NCBI GenBank assembly: GCA_937863095.1
Contig: CALMCP010000083.1
Location: 1 to 35,606 of the forward strand
Length of the DNA stretch: 35,606 nt
DNA from: an uncultured Candidatus Saccharibacteria bacterium
Lineage (GTDB): Bacteria > Patescibacteriota > Saccharimonadia > Saccharimonadales > Saccharimonadaceae
Direction of reading: 5' to 3'
In this document: one piece after another, positions 1 to 8,907 of the stretch
Layout: each line of letters starts with the position of its first letter
Numbering within the stretch: the first letter of the stretch is position 1
The notes under the pieces: generated by a model
What the model saw: only the letters and a program-made list of their open reading frames with translations
What the model was told of the DNA's origin: nothing
Databases searched by the model: none
Program-made: the position numbers and the translations under genes

Positions 1-29
1 GTAAAACCAAGGGTGTGTGTAATGGTCCG

Positions 30-57
30 AGCATAGCAAAAAAGGGGGGGGGGGCAA
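30..57 (-). promoter_or_regulatory. Putative sigma70 promoter with C11/T6 homopolymers in the spacer, pointing out of the left edge of the window
   Basis: Minus strand reads TTGCCC-(C8 T6 GC, 16 bp)-TATGCT with a TGn extended -10. Plus strand has A6 at 38-43 and G11 at 44-54. Confidence 0.5.
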
Positions 58-85
58 GAGGATACGCTAGGAAGGCATATACTTT

Positions 86-787
86 CTATGATATATTGAC
101 TTCTCTGAATGTGCCGCGTGATATATCACCCAGAGAATAATTACCAAAATCAGTGCGATGGAGTTTTGTGACAGTGTAGCCGAGTGCAGAAAATGTACGA
201 CGAATTTGGCGGTTGCGACCTTCGCTCATTTCAACCACCCAACGAGTATCATCGCCATCGCTTTGCCGTGTCAAAGTTAATTGGCTGCGACCGTCAGGCA
301 AATTGACGCCAAAATCGCTTATCATCTGTCTATGGAGCGGCTGGAGTGGCGTGTCTAGCGTCACGAGGTAGCGCTTTTGCTTCTTAAACGACGGGTGGGT
401 CATCCGAAATGCAAAATCACCATCGTTCGTCAGGAGGAGCAGCCCCGAGCTGTCTTTATCGAGCCGGCCGACTGGTTTTAGCTGATGATGAGTGGTTGGC
501 AAAAGTTCGTAGATGGTTGGTGTGTCGCCCTGACGACGACGTGAGCAGACGTAGCCAGTTGGTTTGTGCAGCAGCAGATAGACGAACTGCTGTGCTGTCA
601 CAGGGTGTCCGCTGCATCGAACATCATCACCCGGTGAAACACGTGCCCCAAGTGGCGCTACTGCGCCATTTATGGTGACCTTTCCCTGCTCTATCAGTGC
701 ATCGGCCTGCCGCCGTGATACGCCAAGAGCCAGCGCCAGGTATTTGTTGAGGCGCTGCGAAGCAGGAGAAGAGTCGAGCTGGCTCAC
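86..787 (-). CDS. rRNA pseudouridine synthase, RsuA/RluB family
   Basis: N-terminal S4 domain (RLNKYLA..SRRQAD), catalytic GRLDKDSSGLLLLTNDG and EGRNRQIRR motifs. Confidence 0.95.
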   Translation of the reverse strand: MSQLDSSPASQRLNKYLALALGVSRRQADALIEQGKVTINGAVAPLGARVSPGDDVRCSGHPVTAQQFVYLLLHKPTGYVCSRRRQGDTPTIYELLPTTHHQLKPVGRLDKDSSGLLLLTNDGDFAFRMTHPSFKKQKRYLVTLDTPLQPLHRQMISDFGVNLPDGRSQLTLTRQSDGDDTRWVVEMSEGRNRQIRRTFSALGYTVTKLHRTDFGNYSLGDISRGTFREVNIS

Positions 788-1818
788 TGGTCTGTTGCTG
801 GTGGGGTGGCAGGTTGAAGCGGGTCAGGAGCAGCTGGCGCAGCGGTCTCGACGGGCATCGACGGTCCGACTGGAACATGTGGCAGAGCGTTCGGTGTAAC
901 TGGAGCGGTTGGCGACGGTGCTAACGGCTGCGGTGAGAGCGATGCGACATCGGGTCGATTGACGGATGGCTCAGGCTGAACAGTCGGTGCTGGTGCAACG
1001 GGTTGTGGTGGGACGGGCAACGTCGGCTCTCCTATCGGCGTAGCAATAGGTACTGCTGGCTGCGGAGCAGCAGGGACTGGCTGCTGTGGTGCAGCTGGCG
1101 ACGCTACAGGCTGCGTGAGATGTGCGGGAATTGGTGTGCCGCTGAGCTCATTTTCAAGCATAGCAGCGACATCGGTTGACTGGTCATCTTGTGGCAGCGG
1201 TTGAATCACTCGGTCACCGAGTCCACTTGGCCGTGGCGTAGCCGATGAGAACGGTGCAGTAGGCTGTGGAAGCGAGCTGGCGGTTGATGCATCTGCTACT
1301 GGTGCTGACACGGGAGCACTTGGCTGTGCTACGGGCGCAGCGGCAGCGGGTGGCTGCGGAGTAGGCGGCGCCACTGGAGCGGGAGACGGAGTGTGCACTG
1401 GAGTTGCGGCATCTGCTTGGGGTGTTGGCGCGGCAGGTGTCATGTTCGGCAAATCGCCCAGAACTTCATGGACAGTGCGTACGACATCTTCGATACCGAC
1501 TTGCGACTTCACGAGATAGCGATCGGCACCAAGCTTTTCACCGCGCAATCGCTGGTCTTCAGACGACAGTGCGGTCATCATGATGACCTTGATGTCTTTT
1601 GTCTCGGTGGTTGAGCGCAAAATATCCAACATATCGAAGCCGGAGATTTTTGGCATCATCACATCACTCACGATGAGATTTGGCCGTTCTTTGATAGCCA
1701 TGGCAAGCGCTTCTTCTCCGTCGCCCGCCGATACGATGTCGTACCCTTCTGCTAAGAGCCTCACACCATATATCTCGCGTAAGCTTTTGTCGTCTTCAAC
1801 TAGTAAAATCTTTGTCAT
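784..1818 (-). CDS. Response regulator: REC domain plus ~220-aa Pro/Ala/Gln-rich disordered tail
   Basis: KILLVEDD, phospho-Asp in SDVMMP, conserved T (MMTA) and K (LVKS). No DNA-binding domain is recognisable in the tail. Confidence 0.9.
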   Translation of the reverse strand: MTKILLVEDDKSLREIYGVRLLAEGYDIVSAGDGEEALAMAIKERPNLIVSDVMMPKISGFDMLDILRSTTETKDIKVIMMTALSSEDQRLRGEKLGADRYLVKSQVGIEDVVRTVHEVLGDLPNMTPAAPTPQADAATPVHTPSPAPVAPPTPQPPAAAAPVAQPSAPVSAPVADASTASSLPQPTAPFSSATPRPSGLGDRVIQPLPQDDQSTDVAAMLENELSGTPIPAHLTQPVASPAAPQQPVPAAPQPAVPIATPIGEPTLPVPPQPVAPAPTVQPEPSVNRPDVASLSPQPLAPSPTAPVTPNALPHVPVGPSMPVETAAPAAPDPLQPATPPATDQ

Positions 1819-1872
1819 AATTACTTTCTACTATATATGAGGTCGTGAAAAAATACCATAGTGCTTATTGTT

Positions 1873-4020
1873 TTATTGGGAAGGACGAGTTGGCATGCCT
1901 ACGGCTTGAGGGCGAGTAGTGGGAAAATAGGTCGAGCGCGAAGCGGGTTGGCGTGTGGGCGCGGCGGTAGTGGGTTGCGGTTGAGGCGTTGGTGGCTGTG
2001 GTGCGGGCTCTGGCAAAATATTTAACGGCTGAAAACCAGAGTGTTCAAATACTGGTTGGCTCCGAACAGCCTCATCGATGTCGGCAAGCGTCATGTCCTG
2101 AAATGGTAAGGCTTGGAACTGCTCAGGTATCTTAAATTCAAGGTCGGCACCAGAGCTAGCTGTTACCTCAATCCGTTCGGGAAGTGGCTCGGGAGCAGGC
2201 TGTGGAGGTGGCGTGGTGATAGGAATCTGGACAACCGGGGGCGGAGGTAGCGTCGCTGGTGCAGAAGACAGTGGTATTGGCTCTGGCGCTGACTCTTCTG
2301 GTTCCGGCACTGGCGCCTCGGCGAGCATCGCATGGCTGTTTTCGAACGCGATAGTCGGCCCCTCTTCGGCTGCTTTGCTCATCAGCTCCATAGCGTCTTC
2401 GTGGCTTATCCGCGGTATATCAAGGAAGAAGGTGCTGCCCTGCTGGTACGTACTCTCGACGCGAACACCACCGCCCATGGCTTCGGCGAGCCGGCGGCAC
2501 AAGTAGAGGCCGAGCCCGGTCCCGCCGATTTCGCGTGTGTCAGTGTTGTCAACGCGGTAGAACTTCTGAAAGAGGTGGGGTATGTCTTCGGTGGGGACGC
2601 CGATGCCTGAGTCTTGGATGCTGACCGTCACAAATCTGTCATCGCCAGTGACATCGACAGTCACATCGCCCTGCGGTGTGTACTTGATGGCATTTTCGAT
2701 GAGGTTCATCGCAACTTCACGCAGGTGTGCTGGGTCAACATGGGTGTAAAACACCGGTTGGAGCTTGCGCTCAGAGCTGTCGGTGTTGAGTGACGGATTT
2801 GGCTTGTAGAGATATCGCAGCCCTTTCTCGCGAGCGAGTGGCTCAAGACCCTCGAAGATATCCCCAAGCATGGCCACAACGTCGATGACCTCTGGTGAAT
2901 TTTTTAACCGACCATCTTCGGCTTTACTGATGTCGAGCAAGTTCTGGAAGAGTTCTCCTAGATGTTTGGCCGACTGGTGGGCTTTGGTGATGTAGTCGCG
3001 CGCCTTGTCATCGATAGCCGCGGTTGCTGGGTTGAGCGCCAGGCCTAAGTAACCTTCAATCGACGCAACAGGCGTGCGCATCTCGTGACTGGCAGTCGAG
3101 ATGAACTCGGCCTGCTCGCGCTCTTCAGCCTTTTCTTTAGTGACATCGCGAAATACGACGATAACGCCGCCATCACCCTGGCCAATCGGTGAGCTAACAA
3201 TCGACACAAGCCGCTTCTTGTCGCTGTTGGTGATAAGTTGCAGGGTGTCGTCATGGACGGGCGTGCTGCTCGAGAGCGACTGTTCAATAGGGTTGTTTGT
3301 CGCGTCAACTTCCCTGCCTTCGTGGTCGGCGAGTTTAAGGACGCTATGCCAGTCAAGTCCTAGGGCGTCGCCTTTGTTCCAGCCGAGAAGTGTCTGAGCG
3401 GCCGGGTTGATAAGGTCAATGGTGCCACTGCGGTCGATAGATATCACGCCGTCGTCGATAGAGCTAATGACGACGTCCGACTTGCCCTCGACTGTGCTTA
3501 GTTTGTTGGCAAGGTCGCGAAATGAATTATCCTTTTTCTTGGTGGGCTGGCGGTGCCAGAGGATGGCCCCAAGGGCGACTGGCGCGATGCCAAAGACAAG
3601 ATGGCCGACAACCAGCGGCAGTGCCATTGGCTGCTCGCCGTGACCAACAAGCACCTGAGCAACGGCCAAAAGCGACATGCCGATAACCGCTCCAGCGCCA
3701 AAAAAGCCTGCGAAAATCGCCACAACCAACCACGTACTAATGAACGGCGAGCCTGTGCCGCCACTTGTAAAGATGAGGATACTGACAAGCATAGCGGCCA
3801 AGGCATACAGAGCGGTTGAGATGACGCGAGGATAGGCCTTTGGAAGCCAAAAACAGAGCACCACCGAGACGACCAGCGTGACGGAGGCAAATATAGCCGC
3901 GATGTCGCTGATAGCCAGTCCGAGTGGCAAGTCATAGCCGGTCGGGATGAACCGCGCCCATGCGTAAAACCCTAACACCAGCGCGCTGACAAATAGCACT
4001 GCTTCACAAAGCCGTCGCAA
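1873..4020 (-). CDS. Membrane PAS-domain sensor histidine kinase with Pro-rich C-terminal tail (start uncertain)
   Basis: Several N-terminal TM helices, PAS domain (INPAAQTLLGW), H-box ASHEMRTP, N-box NLIENAIKYT, DSGIG and GGTGLGL. Confidence 0.93.
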   Translation of the reverse strand: MRRLCEAVLFVSALVLGFYAWARFIPTGYDLPLGLAISDIAAIFASVTLVVSVVLCFWLPKAYPRVISTALYALAAMLVSILIFTSGGTGSPFISTWLVVAIFAGFFGAGAVIGMSLLAVAQVLVGHGEQPMALPLVVGHLVFGIAPVALGAILWHRQPTKKKDNSFRDLANKLSTVEGKSDVVISSIDDGVISIDRSGTIDLINPAAQTLLGWNKGDALGLDWHSVLKLADHEGREVDATNNPIEQSLSSSTPVHDDTLQLITNSDKKRLVSIVSSPIGQGDGGVIVVFRDVTKEKAEEREQAEFISTASHEMRTPVASIEGYLGLALNPATAAIDDKARDYITKAHQSAKHLGELFQNLLDISKAEDGRLKNSPEVIDVVAMLGDIFEGLEPLAREKGLRYLYKPNPSLNTDSSERKLQPVFYTHVDPAHLREVAMNLIENAIKYTPQGDVTVDVTGDDRFVTVSIQDSGIGVPTEDIPHLFQKFYRVDNTDTREIGGTGLGLYLCRRLAEAMGGGVRVESTYQQGSTFFLDIPRISHEDAMELMSKAAEEGPTIAFENSHAMLAEAPVPEPEESAPEPIPLSSAPATLPPPPVVQIPITTPPPQPAPEPLPERIEVTASSGADLEFKIPEQFQALPFQDMTLADIDEAVRSQPVFEHSGFQPLNILPEPAPQPPTPQPQPTTAAPTRQPASRSTYFPTTRPQAVGMPTRPSQ

Positions 4021-4174
4021 CCAAAACCGGTTGATGTCTCGCGGTTTAATAGATACGCCCCCCTACCATAAGAAGTATTATGCGCGATAGGACAAAAAAT
4101 CTCAAGAGCCTAGGCCAATATTGGTGAGATGTGGTATACTATTTCATGTATCAGTGTATTTGATGGCAGTCGAT

Positions 4175-4249
4175 GGCCTCATCGTCTAACGGTTAGGACA
4201 TCAGGTTCTCATCCTGGCAATCCGGGTTCGATTCCCGGTGAGGTCACCA
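4175..4249 (+). tRNA. tRNA-Glu (anticodon CTC)
   Basis: GGCCTCA/TGAGGTC acceptor stem, anticodon arm TCAGG-TTCTCAT-CCTGG, GGTTCGATTCC T-arm and encoded CCA. Upstream TGTGGTATACT extended -10 at ~4130-4140. Confidence 0.96.
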
Positions 4250-4272
4250 ACTTTTATCAATTGCATCTGATG

Positions 4273-4347
4273 AATAGATACGCTATATCTAGCGTATCTA
4301 TTTCTCAATACACACCATATGTAGCGCTCCTACGCTACATATAGCGT
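4273..4347. repeat. Triplet A of 16-bp palindromes; the first box lies within a 13-bp-stem hairpin that may terminate the tRNA and the convergent gene
   Basis: ACGCTATATCTAGCGT 4280-4295, ACACCATATGTAGCGC 4312-4327, ACGCTACATATAGCGT 4332-4347. Hairpin AATAGATACGCTA-TATC-TAGCGTATCTATT at 4273-4302. Confidence 0.85.
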
Positions 4348-4728
4348 CTAAGACCTACCCAACTCTTCGATAACCTCAAGCAGCCGCCTCGGTGTGATAT
4401 CGGCCTTGATGAGGTAGCCATCGACGCGTTTGAGCATCGTTTCGCGGTCACGGTCGTTCTGCTCGAAATTGGTCATGACAAGGAATTTGCTATTGGGCAC
4501 CAGGTCAACAGCGTCATTTCTCAGGGCATCGAGAATCTGGTCACCCCGCTGCTCGGGCAGCATGATATCAAGGATGATAAGGTCGTAGGGCTTGTTGCGC
4601 GCTGCGACCAGCCCGTCATTGCCGTCCACCATCCACTCGACGTCGTAGCCGGCTTTTCGCAAGCTACGGACGTACATCTCGCCGATAAATCGGTCGTCTT
4701 CTATGCATAAAATTGTGTGAATTGCCAT
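4348..4728 (-). CDS. Single-domain response regulator (CheY-like REC)
   Basis: ILCIEDD, LDIMLP, VMTN and LIKA motifs; 126 aa with no output domain. Confidence 0.92.
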   Translation of the reverse strand: MAIHTILCIEDDRFIGEMYVRSLRKAGYDVEWMVDGNDGLVAARNKPYDLIILDIMLPEQRGDQILDALRNDAVDLVPNSKFLVMTNFEQNDRDRETMLKRVDGYLIKADITPRRLLEVIEELGRS

Positions 4729-4730
4729 GG

Positions 4731-6272
4731 TTATCTCCTATACATCGCGTGATTTTTTATCCAGCCACCACCTTTTCTGACGAGGCCTTGGTTGAGCTGG
4801 CCATCCTCGAGTAGTTTGTCAGACACGGTCGAGTAGATGGGCAATGTGAACGTAAAGGTCGAACCTTCATTCTCCCGGCTTACCACTGCGATAGAACCGC
4901 CATGCGATTCGACGTAGGCTTTGCTGATGTAAAGGCCGATACCGGTGCCTGCCACCGCTTCACGTGAGCGGTGTGAGCGGTAAAACTTGCGAAAGAGGTT
5001 GCTGACGACGTTGGCCGGCATGCCGATACCGTTGTCTTTGACCGAGACTTCGACGAAATCACCCTTGGCTGTGGCTGATACCTCGATGACGCCACCCTCG
5101 AAGCTATACTTGATGGCGTTATCGATGAGGTTGCCGAGCACTTCGCTGATACTTCCCCGGTCGGCGGCAACAGTCGGCAAGTCGTCAGGAATGGATATGT
5201 TCAGCAGCCGGTGTTGGGTCTGGGCGCGCAGAGCCATATCGTCGGCGATGGTAGCGTATATCGCGCCGATGGTGTCTTCGTAGAGGTGTGTCTGCAGGTG
5301 GTGACGGTCGTACTTAGCGACATTGAGAATGTTGCCAACGTAGCTCGAGAGCCGGCTGGCCGACACCGAGAGTCGGTTCAGTAGTTCGGGCTGGTCGTCG
5401 GTCAGCCTACCGGTCAATTCTTGCTCAAGGATGTCTAAGTAGCCGCGGATAACGGTGATTGGTCCACGGAGCTCATGGGCGGCGAATGCAATAAAGTTGA
5501 GGTCCTCCTCCTCGGGCAGGTAGCGGTCCGACTGGTCAACAAGCACCACAACCACCTCGGCGCGAGCACCCCTCTCATACGATGCGATGACGTCGTAGAA
5601 ACGGGACTTTTTGACATATCGCGTATCGATACCGACGCGCTGCCAGCGCTTTTCGGTGTTGATAACTTTGTCGGTGAGGCTGGCGGTCCATGCGGCGATG
5701 TCGTCATCGCCCACAAAGTTGAGCGCCAGAAACGGCTCGCCCTCTTGGGTATAGGCAATAGGTGCGGCTTTGTTGGCGCCGATAAGACGACCTTCTTGGT
5801 CGTACATGATGATGCCACAGCTGGTATTATTTAGTGCGGCGTCAAGGGATGGCTGCTGCGTCGTCCCCTTGCTGTCGATATCTGGAGCATTCTGGCTATC
5901 ATAGATGGCTTGGAGGATGTGTTTGAGACCAGTTCGTTCATGGTACTTCGTGTTGGGATTGGACGGCGTCGTGGTGGTGAGTTCACCGGTTTTGTGTGCC
6001 AGTGCGGCAAGAATCTCATAGAGCGGACGCTTCAGTAGACGGAACAGTATCAGGATGGCGGCAATATTCACCCCAGCTGCCACGATGAGCGAGATGGCAA
6101 CTTGTAGGTCGCCGTCAAGACCTACCTCGCGCATGAAGAGCACGACAATGGTCTGCAACATACTTGCACCGATGGCAAGTGAGATGATGAGCGAGATACT
6201 CGACGCCTTGTAGCGTTCCTTGAACTCGCGGATAGTCGCTGGGTAGGCGTCAGCCGGTTTTTTTACTGCCAT
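4731..6272 (-). CDS. Membrane sensor histidine kinase
   Basis: Two TM helices, H-box AAHELRGP, NLIDNAIKYS, DNGIG and GTGIGL. Start moved to the ATG at 6272 (MAVKK), which overlaps the upstream gene's end. Confidence 0.92.
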   Translation of the reverse strand: MAVKKPADAYPATIREFKERYKASSISLIISLAIGASMLQTIVVLFMREVGLDGDLQVAISLIVAAGVNIAAILILFRLLKRPLYEILAALAHKTGELTTTTPSNPNTKYHERTGLKHILQAIYDSQNAPDIDSKGTTQQPSLDAALNNTSCGIIMYDQEGRLIGANKAAPIAYTQEGEPFLALNFVGDDDIAAWTASLTDKVINTEKRWQRVGIDTRYVKKSRFYDVIASYERGARAEVVVVLVDQSDRYLPEEEDLNFIAFAAHELRGPITVIRGYLDILEQELTGRLTDDQPELLNRLSVSASRLSSYVGNILNVAKYDRHHLQTHLYEDTIGAIYATIADDMALRAQTQHRLLNISIPDDLPTVAADRGSISEVLGNLIDNAIKYSFEGGVIEVSATAKGDFVEVSVKDNGIGMPANVVSNLFRKFYRSHRSREAVAGTGIGLYISKAYVESHGGSIAVVSRENEGSTFTFTLPIYSTVSDKLLEDGQLNQGLVRKGGGWIKNHAMYRR

Positions 6273-7351
6273 GACACGCTCCCGCGGTCTGTTATGGCAC
6301 TGACCCACGTTTGCCCACGATTGAGTTTGATAGCGTTGCCTGCACTATCGACGAGGCTCAGGCTGGTGTCGCGGTCGGCTTTTTGCCATGTTGCTTCAGT
6401 GACAGTACCGTTTTGGAAGACGTAGGCCTGGCCGCTGCCGCTTGTGACGAGGTCTTCGTAGCCATCAGAACCGCCACGAGACTGGGTGCCGACTTTGATA
6501 ACAACAACAACGCTGGGGGTGATTTGGCCCTTTTCACGGTCTGCGTGTGGTGCGCCAGCCAACGAGCGAGCATAGGTATTTGATGCGCTATCGTAGGCAT
6601 AACTAGTGGCGTAGAGTGGACTACTAAAGCCAACGCTAATGGCCGTGGCGGTGGGCTCGGCGATTGGTTCGCCGTCGGTGCGAGCGAAACTGGTGAATTT
6701 CGACGATGTGTAGCCTTTGGCGCTGTTTAGCTCGTCGAGCTTGGCACCGCTGGTGTAGACATTGTGCGGGGCGTAGCGGTCAGAGGCGCGCCAGTACGTG
6801 CCGGCGTTGAAGAACTGGTCGATATCGCGGTAGCTGTTTCGGACGGTTTCCAGTGCGTTGTAGCTACCGCCGACGTGAGCAATCGATGCTTGGTACGGTG
6901 CCGCCCAGTCAAGGTAGTAGATGCGTAGGCTGCGCACAGGACCGATGAGTTCGGGTTTGTTTTGTTGGTAGAGCACCATAAACCGAGTGATACCACCTTC
7001 GGCACTGGCTTCATAGACGACGCCGGCATCTTTGAGCCCAGACTGTGGCCGAGCGTCAGGTGAATTTTCAATCATCACGCCTGTGACGGCCTGCTCGGTC
7101 GTTGCTTTGTCGCTGACTTCTAGTCCGGTGAGCGGCGAGTAGAACTTTTCTTTGGGCTTTGGTGTGCTTTTGTTGCGGATAACTTCTATCTTCTCTGGCT
7201 GTATGCTGAGCGCTGCCAACATAAATCCTCCGGCTGCGAGGAAAGCAACAGAGATAATCGCGACAGATATCCAGTGGCGCTTGAGCCAAACAAGGACTTT
7301 AGGCTTCTTCTTGACAGGAGTAATCGGGGTTGGTGGGGGCGTACTATACAT
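6263..7351 (-). CDS. DUF3048 (YerB-like) membrane-anchored protein
   Basis: N-terminal TM helix; SPLTG, MIEN..ARPQSGL..A.VVYE..EGGITRF, GPVRS.R and APHN motifs. Confidence 0.9.
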   Translation of the reverse strand: MYSTPPPTPITPVKKKPKVLVWLKRHWISVAIISVAFLAAGGFMLAALSIQPEKIEVIRNKSTPKPKEKFYSPLTGLEVSDKATTEQAVTGVMIENSPDARPQSGLKDAGVVYEASAEGGITRFMVLYQQNKPELIGPVRSLRIYYLDWAAPYQASIAHVGGSYNALETVRNSYRDIDQFFNAGTYWRASDRYAPHNVYTSGAKLDELNSAKGYTSSKFTSFARTDGEPIAEPTATAISVGFSSPLYATSYAYDSASNTYARSLAGAPHADREKGQITPSVVVVIKVGTQSRGGSDGYEDLVTSGSGQAYVFQNGTVTEATWQKADRDTSLSLVDSAGNAIKLNRGQTWVSAITDRGSVSWQ

Positions 7352-7396
7352 ACTAGATAGTATAGCACGAGCAGGATGAATTGGTGAGCACTTTGA

Positions 7397-8830
7397 CTAG
7401 TTGGCGGCGGGATATCGAGATAGTCTACCTAGTGTTCGTTCTTTGCCAAGGAGCGCGAGCGTATCGTTGAGCTGCGGGCTAAACGGTGCCCAAGTGGTAG
7501 CGATACGGATGAGGCTGAAGAGTATGCCTGGTTTTTGACCGGTCGTTTCGAGCAATTGGTTGAGCGTCTCTTGGATAGCTTCAGGCGTCCAGTCCTCAAG
7601 CGTAGAAAGTTGCTCGGTGGCTGCCGCGAGCAGTGAGGTTATCTCGTTATCTGAGAGCTTTTTGAGCTGCTTATTGTCGGTGATGAGTGAGTGGTCTGGC
7701 GTTGGCTCTTCAAAGAAATATTTGCTCATCATCGACAGCTCGGATAGAAGTTTCAGGCGGTCCTGAACAAGTGTGAGCACTTGCCGTTTGTACGCTGGCT
7801 CAGCCGATGTGGCGCTGAGGGGCCAGTAGTTCTCTACTCTGTCGTACAGCTCATCAACTGACAGGCGTCGAATCCATTGTCCGTTCATCCATAGCAATCG
7901 TTGTTCGTCAAATCGCGCGCCCGAACGCTGGACACGCTCAAGGCTGAACTTGTCGATAAGCTCTTCCCTACTAAACAGCTCTTGTTCGGTACCATCATTC
8001 CAACCCATACTGGCGAGAAAATTCAGCATAGCTTCCGGGAGGATACCGTCGACTTTGTAATCGGTGACACTTTTGGCGCCATCGCGTTTGCCAAGCTTTT
8101 TCTTGCCGTCTGGCGCCATAATGTGCGGCATGCATGCCAGAACCGGGACGGTAAGCTCAAGTGCCTCATACAGGCTGAGATAGCGTGGGATGCTCGAGAT
8201 GTATTCGAGTCCGCGGATGACATGAGTGACGCCCATCTCCGCGTCATCGACGATGTGGGCGAAGTTATAGGTTGGCAAACCGTCCGCCTTGAGAAGGATA
8301 AAATCGTCGAGCACTTCGGGTCCAGCGCTGAGCTCACCCATGATAGGGTCGTGCCAGGTGTAGCGCTTTGGTTCGACTACTTTGAAACGAAGTGGTTGTG
8401 TGCCATCCCATGTGGGCGGATGTTCAGGGCGATAGTCGCGGTAGAGAAAGGGTTTCTTGCTGGCAATCGCTTCTTCTCGGAAGCTCTGTACTTGCTCGGG
8501 TGTGTAGGGGTCGGCATAGGCGAGGCCCTTGTCGATGAGCTTTTGCGCCCATTTTTGGTAGTGGTCGCGACGCTCAGTCTGAATGTATGGTCCATAGTTG
8601 CCGCCCTTCCGCGGTCCTTCGTCCCAGTCGATGCCAAGCCACTCCAGCGTGTCGAGGATGGCGTCAGTCGCGCCTTCGACAAAGCGGGCTTGGTCGGTGT
8701 CTTCGATACGTAAGATAAACGAGCCACTCTGTTGCCGAGCGAGTAGGTACGGAAAAAGCGCAGCACGAACATTGCCAACGTGGATGTAGCCGGTAGGGCT
8801 CGGGGCAAAACGAGTGCGGATAGGAGTCAT
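7397..8830 (-). CDS. gltX: Glutamate--tRNA ligase
   Basis: RTRFAPSPTGYIHVGN (HIGH motif), LRIEDTD and KKLGKRDG (KMSKS motif). Start reassigned to ATG 8830, 7 nt after TGTGGTAAAAT. Confidence 0.97.
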   Translation of the reverse strand: MTPIRTRFAPSPTGYIHVGNVRAALFPYLLARQQSGSFILRIEDTDQARFVEGATDAILDTLEWLGIDWDEGPRKGGNYGPYIQTERRDHYQKWAQKLIDKGLAYADPYTPEQVQSFREEAIASKKPFLYRDYRPEHPPTWDGTQPLRFKVVEPKRYTWHDPIMGELSAGPEVLDDFILLKADGLPTYNFAHIVDDAEMGVTHVIRGLEYISSIPRYLSLYEALELTVPVLACMPHIMAPDGKKKLGKRDGAKSVTDYKVDGILPEAMLNFLASMGWNDGTEQELFSREELIDKFSLERVQRSGARFDEQRLLWMNGQWIRRLSVDELYDRVENYWPLSATSAEPAYKRQVLTLVQDRLKLLSELSMMSKYFFEEPTPDHSLITDNKQLKKLSDNEITSLLAAATEQLSTLEDWTPEAIQETLNQLLETTGQKPGILFSLIRIATTWAPFSPQLNDTLALLGKERTLGRLSRYPAAN

Positions 8831-8870
8831 ATCCCCTATTTTACCACAGGGCTTCCTCTTTCTGTCTGAA

Positions 8871-8900
8871 TTGACATCTCCGCAGGGGGGGGGGTATACT
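8871..8900 (+). promoter_or_regulatory. Sigma70 promoter of the pilin-lectin gene with a G10 tract in the spacer (candidate phase-variable promoter)
   Basis: TTGACA (8871-8876), 18-bp spacer TCTCCGCA-G10 (G at 8885-8894), TATACT (8895-8900), then ATG 7 nt downstream. Confidence 0.85.
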
Positions 8901-8907
8901 CTACCAT

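Noticed and set aside
4280-4347. parS or dif identity for the 16-bp palindromes
   Set aside because: They do not match the parS consensus TGTTTCACGTGAAACA or the 28-bp XerC/D dif layout.
7901-8713. 270-aa plus-strand ORF and similar long antisense ORFs (25014-25697, 30705-31424, 34160-34687)
   Set aside because: They are shadows of well-supported genes on the opposite strand and have no motifs of their own.
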